DNA of 64,000 nt from assembly GCF_006345805.1 (NCBI RefSeq), contig NC_042998.1, forward strand, positions 199,454,001 to 199,518,000, given 5' to 3'. The notes beneath the pieces are model-generated. The model was not told where the DNA came from. It ran no database searches and worked only from the letters and a program-made list of their open reading frames with translations. This DNA is from Octopus sinensis. Its lineage: Eukaryota. This document shows, in pieces, positions 52,421 through 64,000 of this stretch (its first letter is position 1; the number at the start of each line of letters is the position of its first letter). The position numbers were made by a program, and so were the translations under genes.

Positions 52421-53564
52421 ACACACAGACAGAGTGAAAGTGACAGTGACTGAGACAGCAGAAATTGTTTATGTTGGTAGGTAAAGGTGCTCTAGCTCGA
52501 TCATCCAAGTTGACACGGAGTGATGGACCATAAAACTTTCCAGTCTCTCAGCAGCCATGATCTACCAGTTGCTTTGTGTTCCAACTAATTGCTTCCACCC
52601 GCTTCACTGACCCAACAAAGCAACACAACACGGGTAAAATGCAATTTCGTTAAGTTTGGAAATATCCCAAGCGAACACAGAGAAAGAGAAAGAGAAAGAG
52701 AAGGAGAAGGAGAGACCATTCACAAACGAATAGTGATTTATTCACATTCTTACTCAGCCACCCAGTGACACACAACCATACATACACCTATATACGCAAA
52801 CATACACATATACACTCGCATATACACACACATACACACATACATACGCACACATCCAAGGTATATACTATTTCTATCTGTCCATTTATTGGTCCGTGTG
52901 TGTGTAAATGTGTGTATTTATGCATCTTTCTTGCTTTGTCTACCTCTCTATCGCTCTCTTGCTCTTCACACACACACACACACCCTTACATTCATACGCA
53001 ACGTATACGTGAGAAGAAGTGGTGTACATGTACTCAATACTAAAAACAGAGTTGTGTTAGATTTCATTGGAGGCTAGAAAGTTCACGAAACCATATTCTG
53101 AGTTTCTCTGCTCCAATACTCGTTCGAATTAAAAAAAAAAAAGCGGAAGGCGTATGGAAATGATATATAAAGCAACCCTAATTAAAACTGCTTTAGGAAA
53201 ATGTAAACATGCAGAAAATAAAAACAAAGGAATAAATAAATTGTCAGAAGAGGGAAATTAATGGAAGATAAACGAAAAATGAGAGGAATAGGATAAGGGA
53301 AGTAATTGAACAGGAAGTTGAATAGAACAGCAGACGATAAAGTTGAAGGAGGCGAGGTTTGGAAGGAAAATAATCGCTTAAAAAAGGAAAATTAAAGGAC
53401 TTGAAGTTTAAGAAAATGAAGAATAGGAAAATGAATAAAAGAATAAAAGAAGGCAAAACAAGTAAAAGATAATGAAGAAATGAGACTATTGTAGTAACAG
53501 CGGGTTTCATGAATAAATAAGCGAGTAAAATATAAAATTAAAGAAAATAGTAATATTACTGCAC

Positions 53565-53947
53565 GGTACCAGTAAATTGGGGAGAGTGGGAGTCGATTAA
53601 GTCGACCCCAGTGCTCATTAGGTACCTATCTAAGCGATCTCAAATGGATGAATGGCAAAGTCTACCCTGGCACTATAAATTTTGCCTGGCGTGCTAACGA
53701 TTCTTCCCAACTCGCTGCCTTAATGAAAATTGTAATACTGATTTTTAAATTTTGGTACAAGGCCAGCAATTTAGAAGGAAATGGGTAAGTCAATTACATC
53801 GATCCCATTGCTCAATTGGTACTTATTTTATCGATCTCGAAAGGAACGAAAGGTGAAATCAACCTCGGTGGAATTTGACCTCAGAACGTGAAGACGGACG
53901 AAATTTTGCGCGGCGTGCTAACGATTCTGCCAGCTCGCTGCCTTAAT
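53565..53947 (-). mobile_element. Two adjacent SINE-B copies
   Basis: Both end in CGCTGCCTTAATGAAA (head on -), at about 53722 and 53947. Confidence 0.8.
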
Positions 53948-54169
53948 GAAAATAATAATATTAGTAACAAACATAAGTGTAGATTTACACAGTTCTAAAA
54001 ACATTAACGTTTGTAACTGATCTCTGCATTAATATTCTCTGCGCGTAAAAAATGAATTCATTGTATTATATTTTGACAATTTGATTTAGATTAAGAATAA
54101 CAGCCACTAGTTGCTTGGCATATCTTAGAATGTAGTAATCGTGGTTGAGCTGTGTACGTTTATGGTAAA

Positions 54170-55270
54170 TTGTATTCCAAACTCTTTGCCCCCAAATGTC
54201 GGACCTTTAAAGATGAGATATACAGAGAGAACTTATGGTTAGTTTTCCGAGATATGAACGGTAGCCTACTAGATTTAGAACAGATCTTACGAATTGATTG
54301 AGGAGTAATATTGGCATAAAGATTACGGTGAAAATTAATCTTGGTACAGATAACTTTTTCAATGTTACCTTCGACTCAGCCTTTCATTGGTTCCCCCCAT
54401 ACTGGAAGACAAACTTCCAATCATTTATTATTCTTTTTATTAACAAGCGCTCTAGTAATACGCCCAGGATTCATTGAATTATTTTCCAATATAAGGGAAT
54501 CTCATTATCCACAAATGAAGCTGCGCTTAATACTGCCTAACGTTACTACGACAGGCTATTCACCGTACCATTCCAATATATAGCAAGATATAATGGCTCT
54601 AGACATAACAATATCAATAAAACCTGAAAAATTTATAGTTCAATCAAGTTTTCAGCGTTAATGTAAAGACCAACTGAGATGGAGAATTCCTTAGATTAGT
54701 CTCTCGGCAAGAGAACAGAGATATCGTAAAATCTTTCACAGAACTGCTTTCAGAGTTTACTATTCTTATGAAAACTTTGTCTCTACTATTAACCACTTGA
54801 ATGGTAAAAGGCTCTCTGCTGTCAATATTAATGTTCAGAATCCTACCTACGATTGTAGGGCTACCAATAACTGTCCCCTAGATAATTACTTAGTTAAAGA
54901 GATACTTACAGATTGAGAGCGCAGCTTGACAGTGTAAGATATACACCAGGTTGACAAAAATTAAACTTAAGGCGTTAATTTAGCCACATAAGGATCATTT
55001 TAAATATTTGCCGAAAGTTTCTATTTTACGGGTTTGTTTAAAAGCATCAGCTTTTAGAAAAGAATTCATCCAAGATACGTTGGTGCACCTTGGAGAAAAT
55101 GCTAGCCCATACAAGCACAACTGCTACCATGCTTTGAGCTAGAATGCGGATTTTTCGAGTGTGTTCTAGAAGAACACAGGAAGATAGATCAAATCTGAAC
55201 CCATCGGGAAACAAGTATTAAGAACTCGCAAAAACAGTGAAAGAAAACTATATTTTAATCTAAACCATCT
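54170..55270 (+). mobile_element. Highly decayed Penelope-like element (RT C-half plus GIY-YIG)
   Basis: IYRE..LVFRD, FFNVTFD...PYWKTN...INKRSSN, LSTNE, NVKTN, YRKIF, DCRATNNCPLD and IYTRLT in the same order as the 28947 family type. Confidence 0.7.
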
Positions 55271-57723
55271 CGGGAAACCGAATGGTTTTTCATATATGGA
55301 CTTCATATACAAAATGTATGATAGTGCGTGCGGGTGCGCTGAATTTAAATAATACTTATTTAAACAAATTTAATACTGAATATTACAGCGTTGCACTGCG
55401 GTCGAAATTGATAGACACTTGACGTTTGAACGTCTGTTCGTGAGTTCAATTATGCCTTAAGTGGAAACGCCGAAATGTTTTTTCCATTTTTTTTATCAAG
55501 CATAAACTATAATTATGTCATTTTGTTACCCGTATACAGGTAATTTATAATTCGCTCAGTCTTCGGCTTATTTTTTAAGAAATAAAATACCCTTAATACA
55601 TTACGTGAATCAAAGATATATGAGCAAAATAAAATACAGAATGGAATATATGTATGTCCGAAACAGACAAACTTTGAGGCCATTCTGCATGCTGCAGATA
55701 ATTCAGGAAAAATAAGTAAATTTTACACATTTCTGGATATTTAGCACTAAAAGTATACAGTATATAATGTCTCCAGTACTGCTGGTACTGTATGTGCGCC
55801 TGTTTGTGTGTGTGTTTGAGATAGAGAGAGGGAGGGATCGTGCGTATGTGTGTGTATGCTCAAAATGTGGCAACACCTTCAATAAAGGCTGTGAACCAGA
55901 TGAAGAAGCTGCATGAAAATTTTAACCATATTGCATGATATGCTTGCAGTAGAAACATATGTCGGATACAGATAAATAAACTAAATACGATATACTATAG
56001 AATGAAATGGTAAAAACCGTGCAGATGTAGTATTCGTGTTATTCATCAGAATTGTGTAGTATATACACTCAGTAAACTGTTTATGGTCGAACGAAGCGAA
56101 ACAAGGTTTTACCTATCAGAAGAAATATATTGAGCATGTTTACCTTGAATACACCTATATTATTCCTTATCGTACAGGTTCAGTTAAATGTCACTCACAT
56201 GCATGAAAATTCAGTAAAGATTTTCCTCAGATGCACCGCCACAGCAACACGTGCGTGAAAAATGTAAAGACATGGACTGCAATATTTCTATATGAGAAAT
56301 GCAAACCTGTAAGTAAAAGTTCAAATTTTAGATTTTAATTACATATGCATCCAATGTAATTCAAAATGAAACAATTAATAAAATAAATTGAAATGAAATA
56401 TTAAATTCTTGCGAGCATTTCCCGATATTTTAATTTATATATCACTTAATGCTGGTATATAAGACTTACAGAAAGCAGTTAAATACCAACTAATGGTGGT
56501 ATACAAACCTTATGAAAAGTAACTTTCTAAGGATATGCCATTGGACCACTGACACTGTAATATTGATGTGCAGCTGGTGTGATAGTTTTTGATGCTTCGG
56601 TGAATACTTGTAAAATATTTAAACTCGCTTCGAGGAATCGCCACGTTTTTGCTAGCTCCCCTTTTCAATCCGAGGGGTTTGAGACGTTTTATACAGCAAA
56701 ACTTTGTAGCAATTGCCACGTTTATTGTGGAGCATTCTCTTCTTGTAAGTCATTTGTAATGATACGTGATCTGTAGCAATTATTTGTCTTTCTACTCTAA
56801 ATGTCAAAATCCCGCAGAAGGTTTTTAGCCACTTTTTTTGACCGTTTACATAGATATGTATTTTCCTAGTGTTTTAACGAAAGCCCTCATTCAGTTAGTA
56901 GTTGCATGAAGGTATGCTTCATGACCGAGTGTGGTTGTTTTAAATAACATTCCAAGTGAAATGAGATCTCCTACACCTTCATTCCTCAGGAGGTATTGAC
57001 GTTCGATGTCAGCTTTAGAGTTATGCATATTGTGCGAGGTGAGGTATTTTCTGATTTTTACATCTATACTTTAGATGTCATGGAGACATCAGTGAATCAT
57101 CTTGAAGCTATTTTGAACAACTGGTATCAGCAAACCAATTAAGGACTTCAATAGGTTTTTTTGAATAAAGCTCCATATTAAGAATAAAACTGTGCCCTTC
57201 TTTTTTATTATTTAAAATGTATTTTAAAATGTGTTCCTCTTGTTCAAGTTCCCTTACGGTGGTTGATATGTCAAATTTAATAGATCTCTAACTTTCTGAA
57301 ACGTTATTTATGTACATTTATCTTAACCCACCTCATCACTAATACTTTAAACAATTTTTCCAGATTTTTCGTTCACTGATATTTTTAGCATATAATTATT
57401 CGACGTCCATAGAGAAAAGGGGATGAGTTGTCTTGTCTTGTATTTTTAGTTGTATTGTTTTTTTGTATTTTATGTCCTAAATTGTCATTATTAAACTCAA
57501 ATTATTTTGACTCAGGTTTAGTCTTATTCCTGGTAGAGTTTATGTGGGTAGCTACCTGTAACTTTAGATATCCACTAGCTTTCAATAGTCTTTCAAGAAG
57601 CAAACTTTCTGTAGAAGCGCTATAGAACATTTTATTCTCTAATTGTGTATATAATTGTCTATATCGTCCTTATTTTTATTGTTGTTGTTATTATTATTAT
57701 CATTATTATTATTATTATTATTA

Positions 57724-57755
<32 letters not shown>

Positions 57756-58339
57756 GAGTGAGAGAGCAGTTCATACCATTAAAGTGACACTGGGGTAAAA
57801 TATACGAAGCCCAATATACCCATCATGACTACCCGTCTGATAAGGGTACACCAGGCACAATGCATCACAACCATATGTGAGCGACATGGTGATATCATAT
57901 CAAGATAAACAGCACATGACCTTGCAGGTGGGGCCCAGTTAGAATTTCCTTCAGATTGAGTTGCCCATCCCGCTCAAAAGGTCCCTGAATAAGGTTTGTT
58001 TAAGAATGTTGAACGAACCACCCATGTTTCCAGAGGTGAATTATTCAAACCCCAAAGAATCCCTCTCAACACATGGCTATGATGCTCCCCCACTACTTCT
58101 GCTCGTGATCAGAGATGCACATATCGTCAGCCACTAAGTGACATGCTCAACTGGTTAGGGTCAAACAACTGACAAGCAAATCTGTGGTATTGAGTAGAAT
58201 ATTTGCTGTAGCCCATCTTTTATACCAAGACAAAACAATGTACATGATAACACTTCCAATCAGTTAAGATCAGAAGCCATGATAGCCACTGCCTGGTACT
58301 GCATCAGGGCATGGCTATGATGCTCCCCCACTACTTCTG
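57756..58339 (-). repeat. ~580-bp non-coding interspersed repeat between (TAT)n tracts
   Basis: Bounded by (TAT)n on both sides; 30-bp internal direct repeat at 58072-58101 and 58310-58339. Confidence 0.6.
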
Positions 58340-58427
<88 letters not shown>

Positions 58428-59114
58428 GTTTGACTTTTGCTTTATATTTGTACAAGTTGTCTCCAAGTCTCACCCAGAGACCTCAAGAGACAACAGGTTG
58501 GAAGTTCATGTTCTTGTTATGCCTAGTGTGCCATATATTTGGTTTATTTTTTGATGTTGTACTAGTGAATGTCTAAAAAAAAACCGAAAATTATGTTTGC
58601 TTAAACCCTGAGATTACATAGAAAGTATTTTGCGTAGGGTATGAGCAGTTCCCATGAGCACTATCTTTTGAATTTCTGCCATTTTTGCGTTTCCTGGTAT
58701 TATTATTATTATTATTATTATTATCATTATTATTATTATTATTATTATTATTTATTATTATTATTTTTCCTTCTTTCTTCAAATTTTCTTCCGCTTCTCG
58801 CCGAGTGTTTTCCGTACACCTAGGACAGAGAAGCTCATTGTATGCATTCCCAGATTACACACTCAAATTCACAGGTTTAATATGTATTTAAAAAAATTAA
58901 TGAATAAATAATTTCATGAATGGATGTTGTTTTCACAGCGATAATGCTCTTCTCAGTACATGAGCCGTTCCTGTTAACACGATTTTTTGCACTTCCTGTA
59001 GGGATGGTAAGCCTGGTATTAGTACCTTTTTTTTATCATTCCTAGAAATCCTACAATCACTGGTACTGTAGTCGCCTTGAGATGCCACATTTTTTCAATT
59101 ATTATTATTATTAC

Positions 59115-59184
<70 letters not shown>

Positions 59185-59186
<2 letters not shown>

Positions 59187-59370
59187 AGCCGGTGAGCCGG
59201 TAGAATCGTTAGTACGTCGGTCAAATTCGTACATGTTACATTCTGAGTTCAAATTCCGCCGAGATCGGCGCTGTCTTTCATCCTTTCGTGCTCTATGAAA
59301 TATGTATCGGCTACGGTAATCGAGTAACCCTCACCCTTAAATGTCAGGCCTTTGTTTCTGTAGAAGAATG
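59185..59370 (+). mobile_element. SINE-B, diverged
   Basis: GAGCCGGTAGAATCGTTAG...TTCTGAGTTCAAATTCCGCCGAG. Confidence 0.75.
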
Positions 59371-59746
59371 GATTACATGCTATATTGGTTAACAGGGATT
59401 TTCTTCTGAAGTTTGGTGACAAGTTTCCTTAAATCTAAAGAATATTCCCAAGGATTCTTACAGAAAACAGGATTGCCCTTTCCTACTTGTCGATAAAGTG
59501 TGTTTTATTTCCAGTATCCTCCAGCCTCTTAGTGTTGTTCTATGCTCACCAATTAATACATGAATAATTGTCATTTTAGTCCTCCACAATGTCTTCATCT
59601 CTCTGGCTAGGTCTTGATATTCCTAGATTTTCTCATTATCTTAAGTATCCATTTTATTATATGGTATTACGAAATCTAGATCTCGAAATATTTTTTTTCG
59701 TTCTCTACAATCATATCTGGTTTTCTTGCTTTAATAATATGGACAG

Positions 59747-59965
59747 AAGGCGGCGAGCTGGCAGAAACGTTAGCACGCTGGGCGAAATGCTTAGCGGTGT
59801 TTCATCTGTCTTTACGTTCTGAGTTCAAATTCTGCCGAGGTCGACTTTGCCTTTCATCCTTTCGGGATCGATAAATTAAGTACCAGTTGCGCACTGGGGT
59901 CGATCTTATCGACTAGCCCCATTCCCCCAAAATTCCGTGTTTTGTGCCTAGAGTAGAAAGTAGAA
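59747..59965 (+). mobile_element. SINE-B
   Basis: Consensus match. Confidence 0.9.
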
Positions 59966-60816
59966 AAGATTAAGGTCAGTCTTTGTGGTAAATCCCATAA
60001 AATCCTATAATTCTTATTCTCTAATGCAGCCTCTGGCACGTGTTCATAACACTTTTATGCTAGATTGAATCTGTAAACTCGACTAACATCCAATTACACT
60101 CTATTACAGAAAAAAAAAGGTTTTACCTCTGCATATGCTCTTTTTGTATTAGTTTATTGCATTCGGTTAAGAAATGGTTAATGCTTTCGTTTCTTATCCT
60201 AGAAATTCTTCATTTGTTCTCTGATTTAGTCTTATCAATCGTTGTCATTATCAAGTTTGTTCTAATGGCTTGTTCCTGAACGGTTAAAATTAGCGATTCG
60301 ATCTCTCTTTACACTTTTTCATTTGTCAACCACATCTAACGTTCTTTACTTTCAACATCTTCGACTATGAATTGGCCATGTAATCCCTTCTCTTTCTTGC
60401 TATATGTCGTGTCATGCTTCTGTTTACTCTTTAATTCTCTTACTGATTCGGTAATTTACTGTTTATTTCAGAATGCAGACTTGTATTCTTTCTTCAGGTC
60501 GCACAATAGATTTTTCAATCCCAATGTAGTGGCTTCTGCGTTTAACATACATCAGGCTCCTTTCTTTCTAGGTAAGTAGAGTCTGTCGATATTACTTTTG
60601 GAGAGGTGCACATGGTGTATTGTGAGCAATCTTTTCGTTCGTCTACTTCATGTAGTTCTGTGTTTGTTCTATCTTCGATGCTGAACATCGTCACGTACCC
60701 CAAGAACAGTGTGAAACACTGTCATAGGCCTTCTTGCCGTCGAACCAGCCAACAACAAGGCTCTTTCTTTTTCACGCCTGATTTGATATTATACTATCAA
60801 TATACAATCGGTGCAA

Positions 60817-61030
60817 GGAGGCGAGCTGGCAGAAACGTTAGCACGCCGGGCAAAATGCTTAGTGGGATTTCGTCTGTCTTTACGTCCAGAGTTCAAATTC
60901 CGCTGAGGTCGACTTTGCTTTTCGCCCTTCCGCGGTCGATAAATTAAGTACGAGTTTCGTACTGGGGTCGATCTAATCGACTGGCCCTCTCTCCCAAAAT
61001 TTCGAGCATCGTGCCTAGAGTAGAAAAGAA
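60817..61030 (+). mobile_element. SINE-B
   Basis: Consensus match. Confidence 0.9.
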
Positions 61031-62115
61031 TATTCAATGGGTACGCAGTCCCCTTTACTTTATTTTGCATCCTTTTCGATCCTCTGGCAATAGCTTCCGC
61101 TTTTCCAGGAAGCTATACACTTCATCTGCTATGAGAACAACTAATAATTTCCCGAGTTATAATAAGCATGAAATAGTTCTATAATAACTGGTTTCTCTCT
61201 TTCCTTTTTATTCGATACTAACACTGTCTTTCTTTGTTGTACTTTATCTTGATGTTTTTTCTTTTCTACACAGTCACAAACAAACAGTTGTATATGGCTG
61301 TCGATACAACACGGATTTTTGAGCCAGAATCCATGGACACCATCTAGTCCAGCGGGTTTTCAGTTTGCCTTTTTCTTAAATCTCGGTTTCAATTTTTCAT
61401 CAATTTCGTCTTGCTGTATTTTCCATTTCATTTTAAAATTTCCCTAATTACTCTGCTTCTGCATTACGTTGAACTTCTTTGATCTAGATTTCTGACGAAA
61501 ATTCCCTCAAGGCGTCAGCCACTGTCACTTCCCTGCCACGATATTCATCCACATTGTTTTGTTGCTAATATTTCCTTTAATTGTTTTGTAGACCCTCTTC
61601 TCTCGGCATTGGCTTATTCTTTGTTGATACGTAGTTTTCTTTTACGTGGCTTTGCTTTACTTTTCGTCTTACTTTTTCTTTAACTACCTGCAATCTTTTG
61701 CATCTAATGTACTTTTTACTAGAGCTTGTTCCTGTGTCTTTCCTTCACCATATTCTTTCCCGCTATTGCAGTTATTGTTCAACGATCTCTTTTGAGCTGT
61801 TCAACATGGTTCTCAACTCACCGTTTCCACCATGTACTTCTTCCAAACTTTCTTTGATATTATCCACAAAAACATATGAAGTCATTTAAAAGTGTTATAT
61901 ATTTAACATAGATTTTCGTTCATCATTACGTAGTTTTCCTCTTTCAGTTCCTCTTTCAATTTCCAAAGTTGTTTGTCTCGTTCTTCTTCCAACAGTTCGT
62001 GTTTCATGTAGACGTTATAGTAAGCGACATTCCTCCGCTGGAATATTCATTCCTTCTACAAATTAAAATTTGTTTTCATATAGGATATGCTTTCACAGGT
62101 CTTATTGGATCGTTT

Positions 62116-62303
62116 TTCTTCTTCTTCTTCTTCTTCTTCTTCTTCTTCTTCTTCTTCTTCTTCTTCTTCTTCTTCTTCTTCTTCTTCTTCTTCTTCTTCT
62201 TCTTCTTCTTCTTCTTCTTCTTCTCTCCTCTTCTTCTTCTTCTTCTTCTTCTTCTTCTTCTTCTTCTTCTTCTTCTTCTTCTTCTTCTTCTTCTTCTTCT
62301 TCT
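62116..62303. repeat. (TTC)n microsatellite
   Basis: Direct inspection. Confidence 0.95.
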
Positions 62304-63229
62304 CCTCCTCCTCCACCACTCGCATCTTTACACGAGTAAATTTATCAGCTCCAGAAATCTTTGTTCTGTAACACGGAAACTGTCATTCTCTATCCATGTT
62401 TAATCTTTTTTCTGTATCCTATTTTGGTAGGTTTACTTCTGTGATAATATTCCAGTATACACATATACATCTACTAGTACTCCGTCGCTTGCGACTCGTG
62501 TTTCAGCTAGTCCGATCAGCGAAGCAGATTCGTCGTGGAATTAACGTGCAAGTGGCTCAGCACTCTAAAGACAAGCTTACCCTTAATATAGTTCTGAGAG
62601 AGATTCAGCACGACATTTAATGTGACAAGGCTGGCCGACTGAACTACAGACCACAAGAAAAATAAAACAAGAATTTGATGCAAAAGTGGAAGGGTGAATG
62701 AAAACGCGAAAAGAAGTCCACCACATTTGTTCATTCTAGATGAGAAATTTTCAGCAAATGCAAGCATGCAAGCGTATAGACAGATTTCTTTTAGTGAATT
62801 GGAGGACACCATCCTCTCCAGATTGAAAAGCTGTGTAGCATGCTTTGGAGCCCTTGTCTTTGAATTATTCTACAACTAGTTTAGTTATGACTTTTACGTA
62901 ACACTAAATTAATCATGACTTTTACGTAACACGAAATTTTCCTTCTTTTCTTTTTCCATTTTTATTCATCGTTCCAATTTTTGTATCAACTTACTTCCCA
63001 TTTTCTTTCTCGTTTCTTCTCGTGGTCTCTCACGTACCAGCGTCCTGATTTCTTATAGAACAGACAATGTGCTCAAAGCCCGGTAATTGCTTGGAGACGC
63101 AAGCGACGTTATAAACTCTTGTTAGCCACATGTCTTCTCAGCAGGAAAACTATTACGTACATAATGATATTTATCTCTCACTGAATGGAGTACACTTTTT
63201 TTAACTTACCGTAACAATAAACTGCATAA

Positions 63230-63359
63230 ACACACGCACACACACACAAACACACACACACGCAGACACATGCACGCACAAACACAAACACACACACACA
63301 AACACAAACACACGCACACACACACACATGCACGCACACACACACACACACACACGCAG

Positions 63360-63399
<40 letters not shown>

Positions 63400-63586
63400 G
63401 CAGACACACACACACCCCCAACACACGCACACACACACATGCACGCACAAACACAAACACGCAGACACACACACAAACACACGCACACACACACACATGC
63501 ACGCACACACACAAACACACACACACACACAAACACACGCACACACACACACATGCACGCACACACACAAACACACACACACGCAG

Positions 63587-63626
<40 letters not shown>

Positions 63627-63691
63627 GCAGACACACACACACACACGCACACACACATGCACGCACAAACACAAACACGCAGACACACACA

Positions 63692-63728
<37 letters not shown>
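63230..63728. repeat. Compound (CA)n tract with recurring variant blocks (ATGCACGCAC, AAACAC, GCAGAC)
   Basis: Direct inspection. Confidence 0.95.
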
Positions 63729-63731
<3 letters not shown>

Positions 63732-63957
63732 AACAGTGGGATAACAATTCGGTTCTGTCCATCGATGAGGTTAGTCATCAGTAAGTCATCAATGTTTATG
63801 CGCTACAATGAAGGCCTACTTTGTGCATTTGTCGCAAATTGAATATCAGCAGAATTCAATGATTGAATTATGTGAAAATTTCTATTTCAGTTTGGGGTAA
63901 AACGTTTTTATCAAGACTCTTTTTTGTCGTGGAATATCATCTAACATTATGGTGCTA

Positions 63958-64000
63958 TCAACTCTTTACTCTTTACTCTTTTACTTGTTTCAGTCATTTG
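63958..64000 (-). mobile_element. SINE-A tail, continues beyond the window
   Basis: (CTCTTTTA)n then CTTGTTTCAGTCATTTG. Confidence 0.85.

Larger units (their letters stand above)
58405..61900 (-). mobile_element. Fragmented R4/Dong-like RLE LINEs interrupted by SINE-B copies
   Basis: Minus: WFDGKKAYDSVSH (about 60710-60760), ENKNYRILWD, EYQDLAREMKTLW, EKMWHLKATTVPVIVGFLG; 3' ends abut (AAT)n. Confidence 0.8.

Overview
AT-rich, microsatellite-dense eukaryotic DNA, most likely intronic or intergenic octopus (coleoid cephalopod) sequence, judged from its SINE families and repeat content. I found no convincing intact host gene. Nearly all listed ORFs are microsatellite translations or transposon debris. 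The window is a mosaic of three tRNA-derived SINE families (my labels A, B, C), decayed non-LTR retrotransposons (R4/Dong-like RLE, RTE, CR1-like, Tx1/L1-like), two Penelope-like elements (PLEs), Helitrons (three short non-autonomous copies with exact A|TC...CTAG|T ends plus a helicase remnant), a rearranged mariner and LTR remnants. The most interesting layer is a set of short islands embedded in (TA)n tracts, often arranged as fold-backs, several of which fold into minimal type-I hammerhead ribozymes (HHRs) with self-complementary helix III, the dimer-type HHR known from PLEs. One of them (21521-21629) has an intact core, and its helix II extension resembles a SECIS element. All structures and homologies were read by eye. 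No searches or folding programs were run, and most TE boundaries are approximate.
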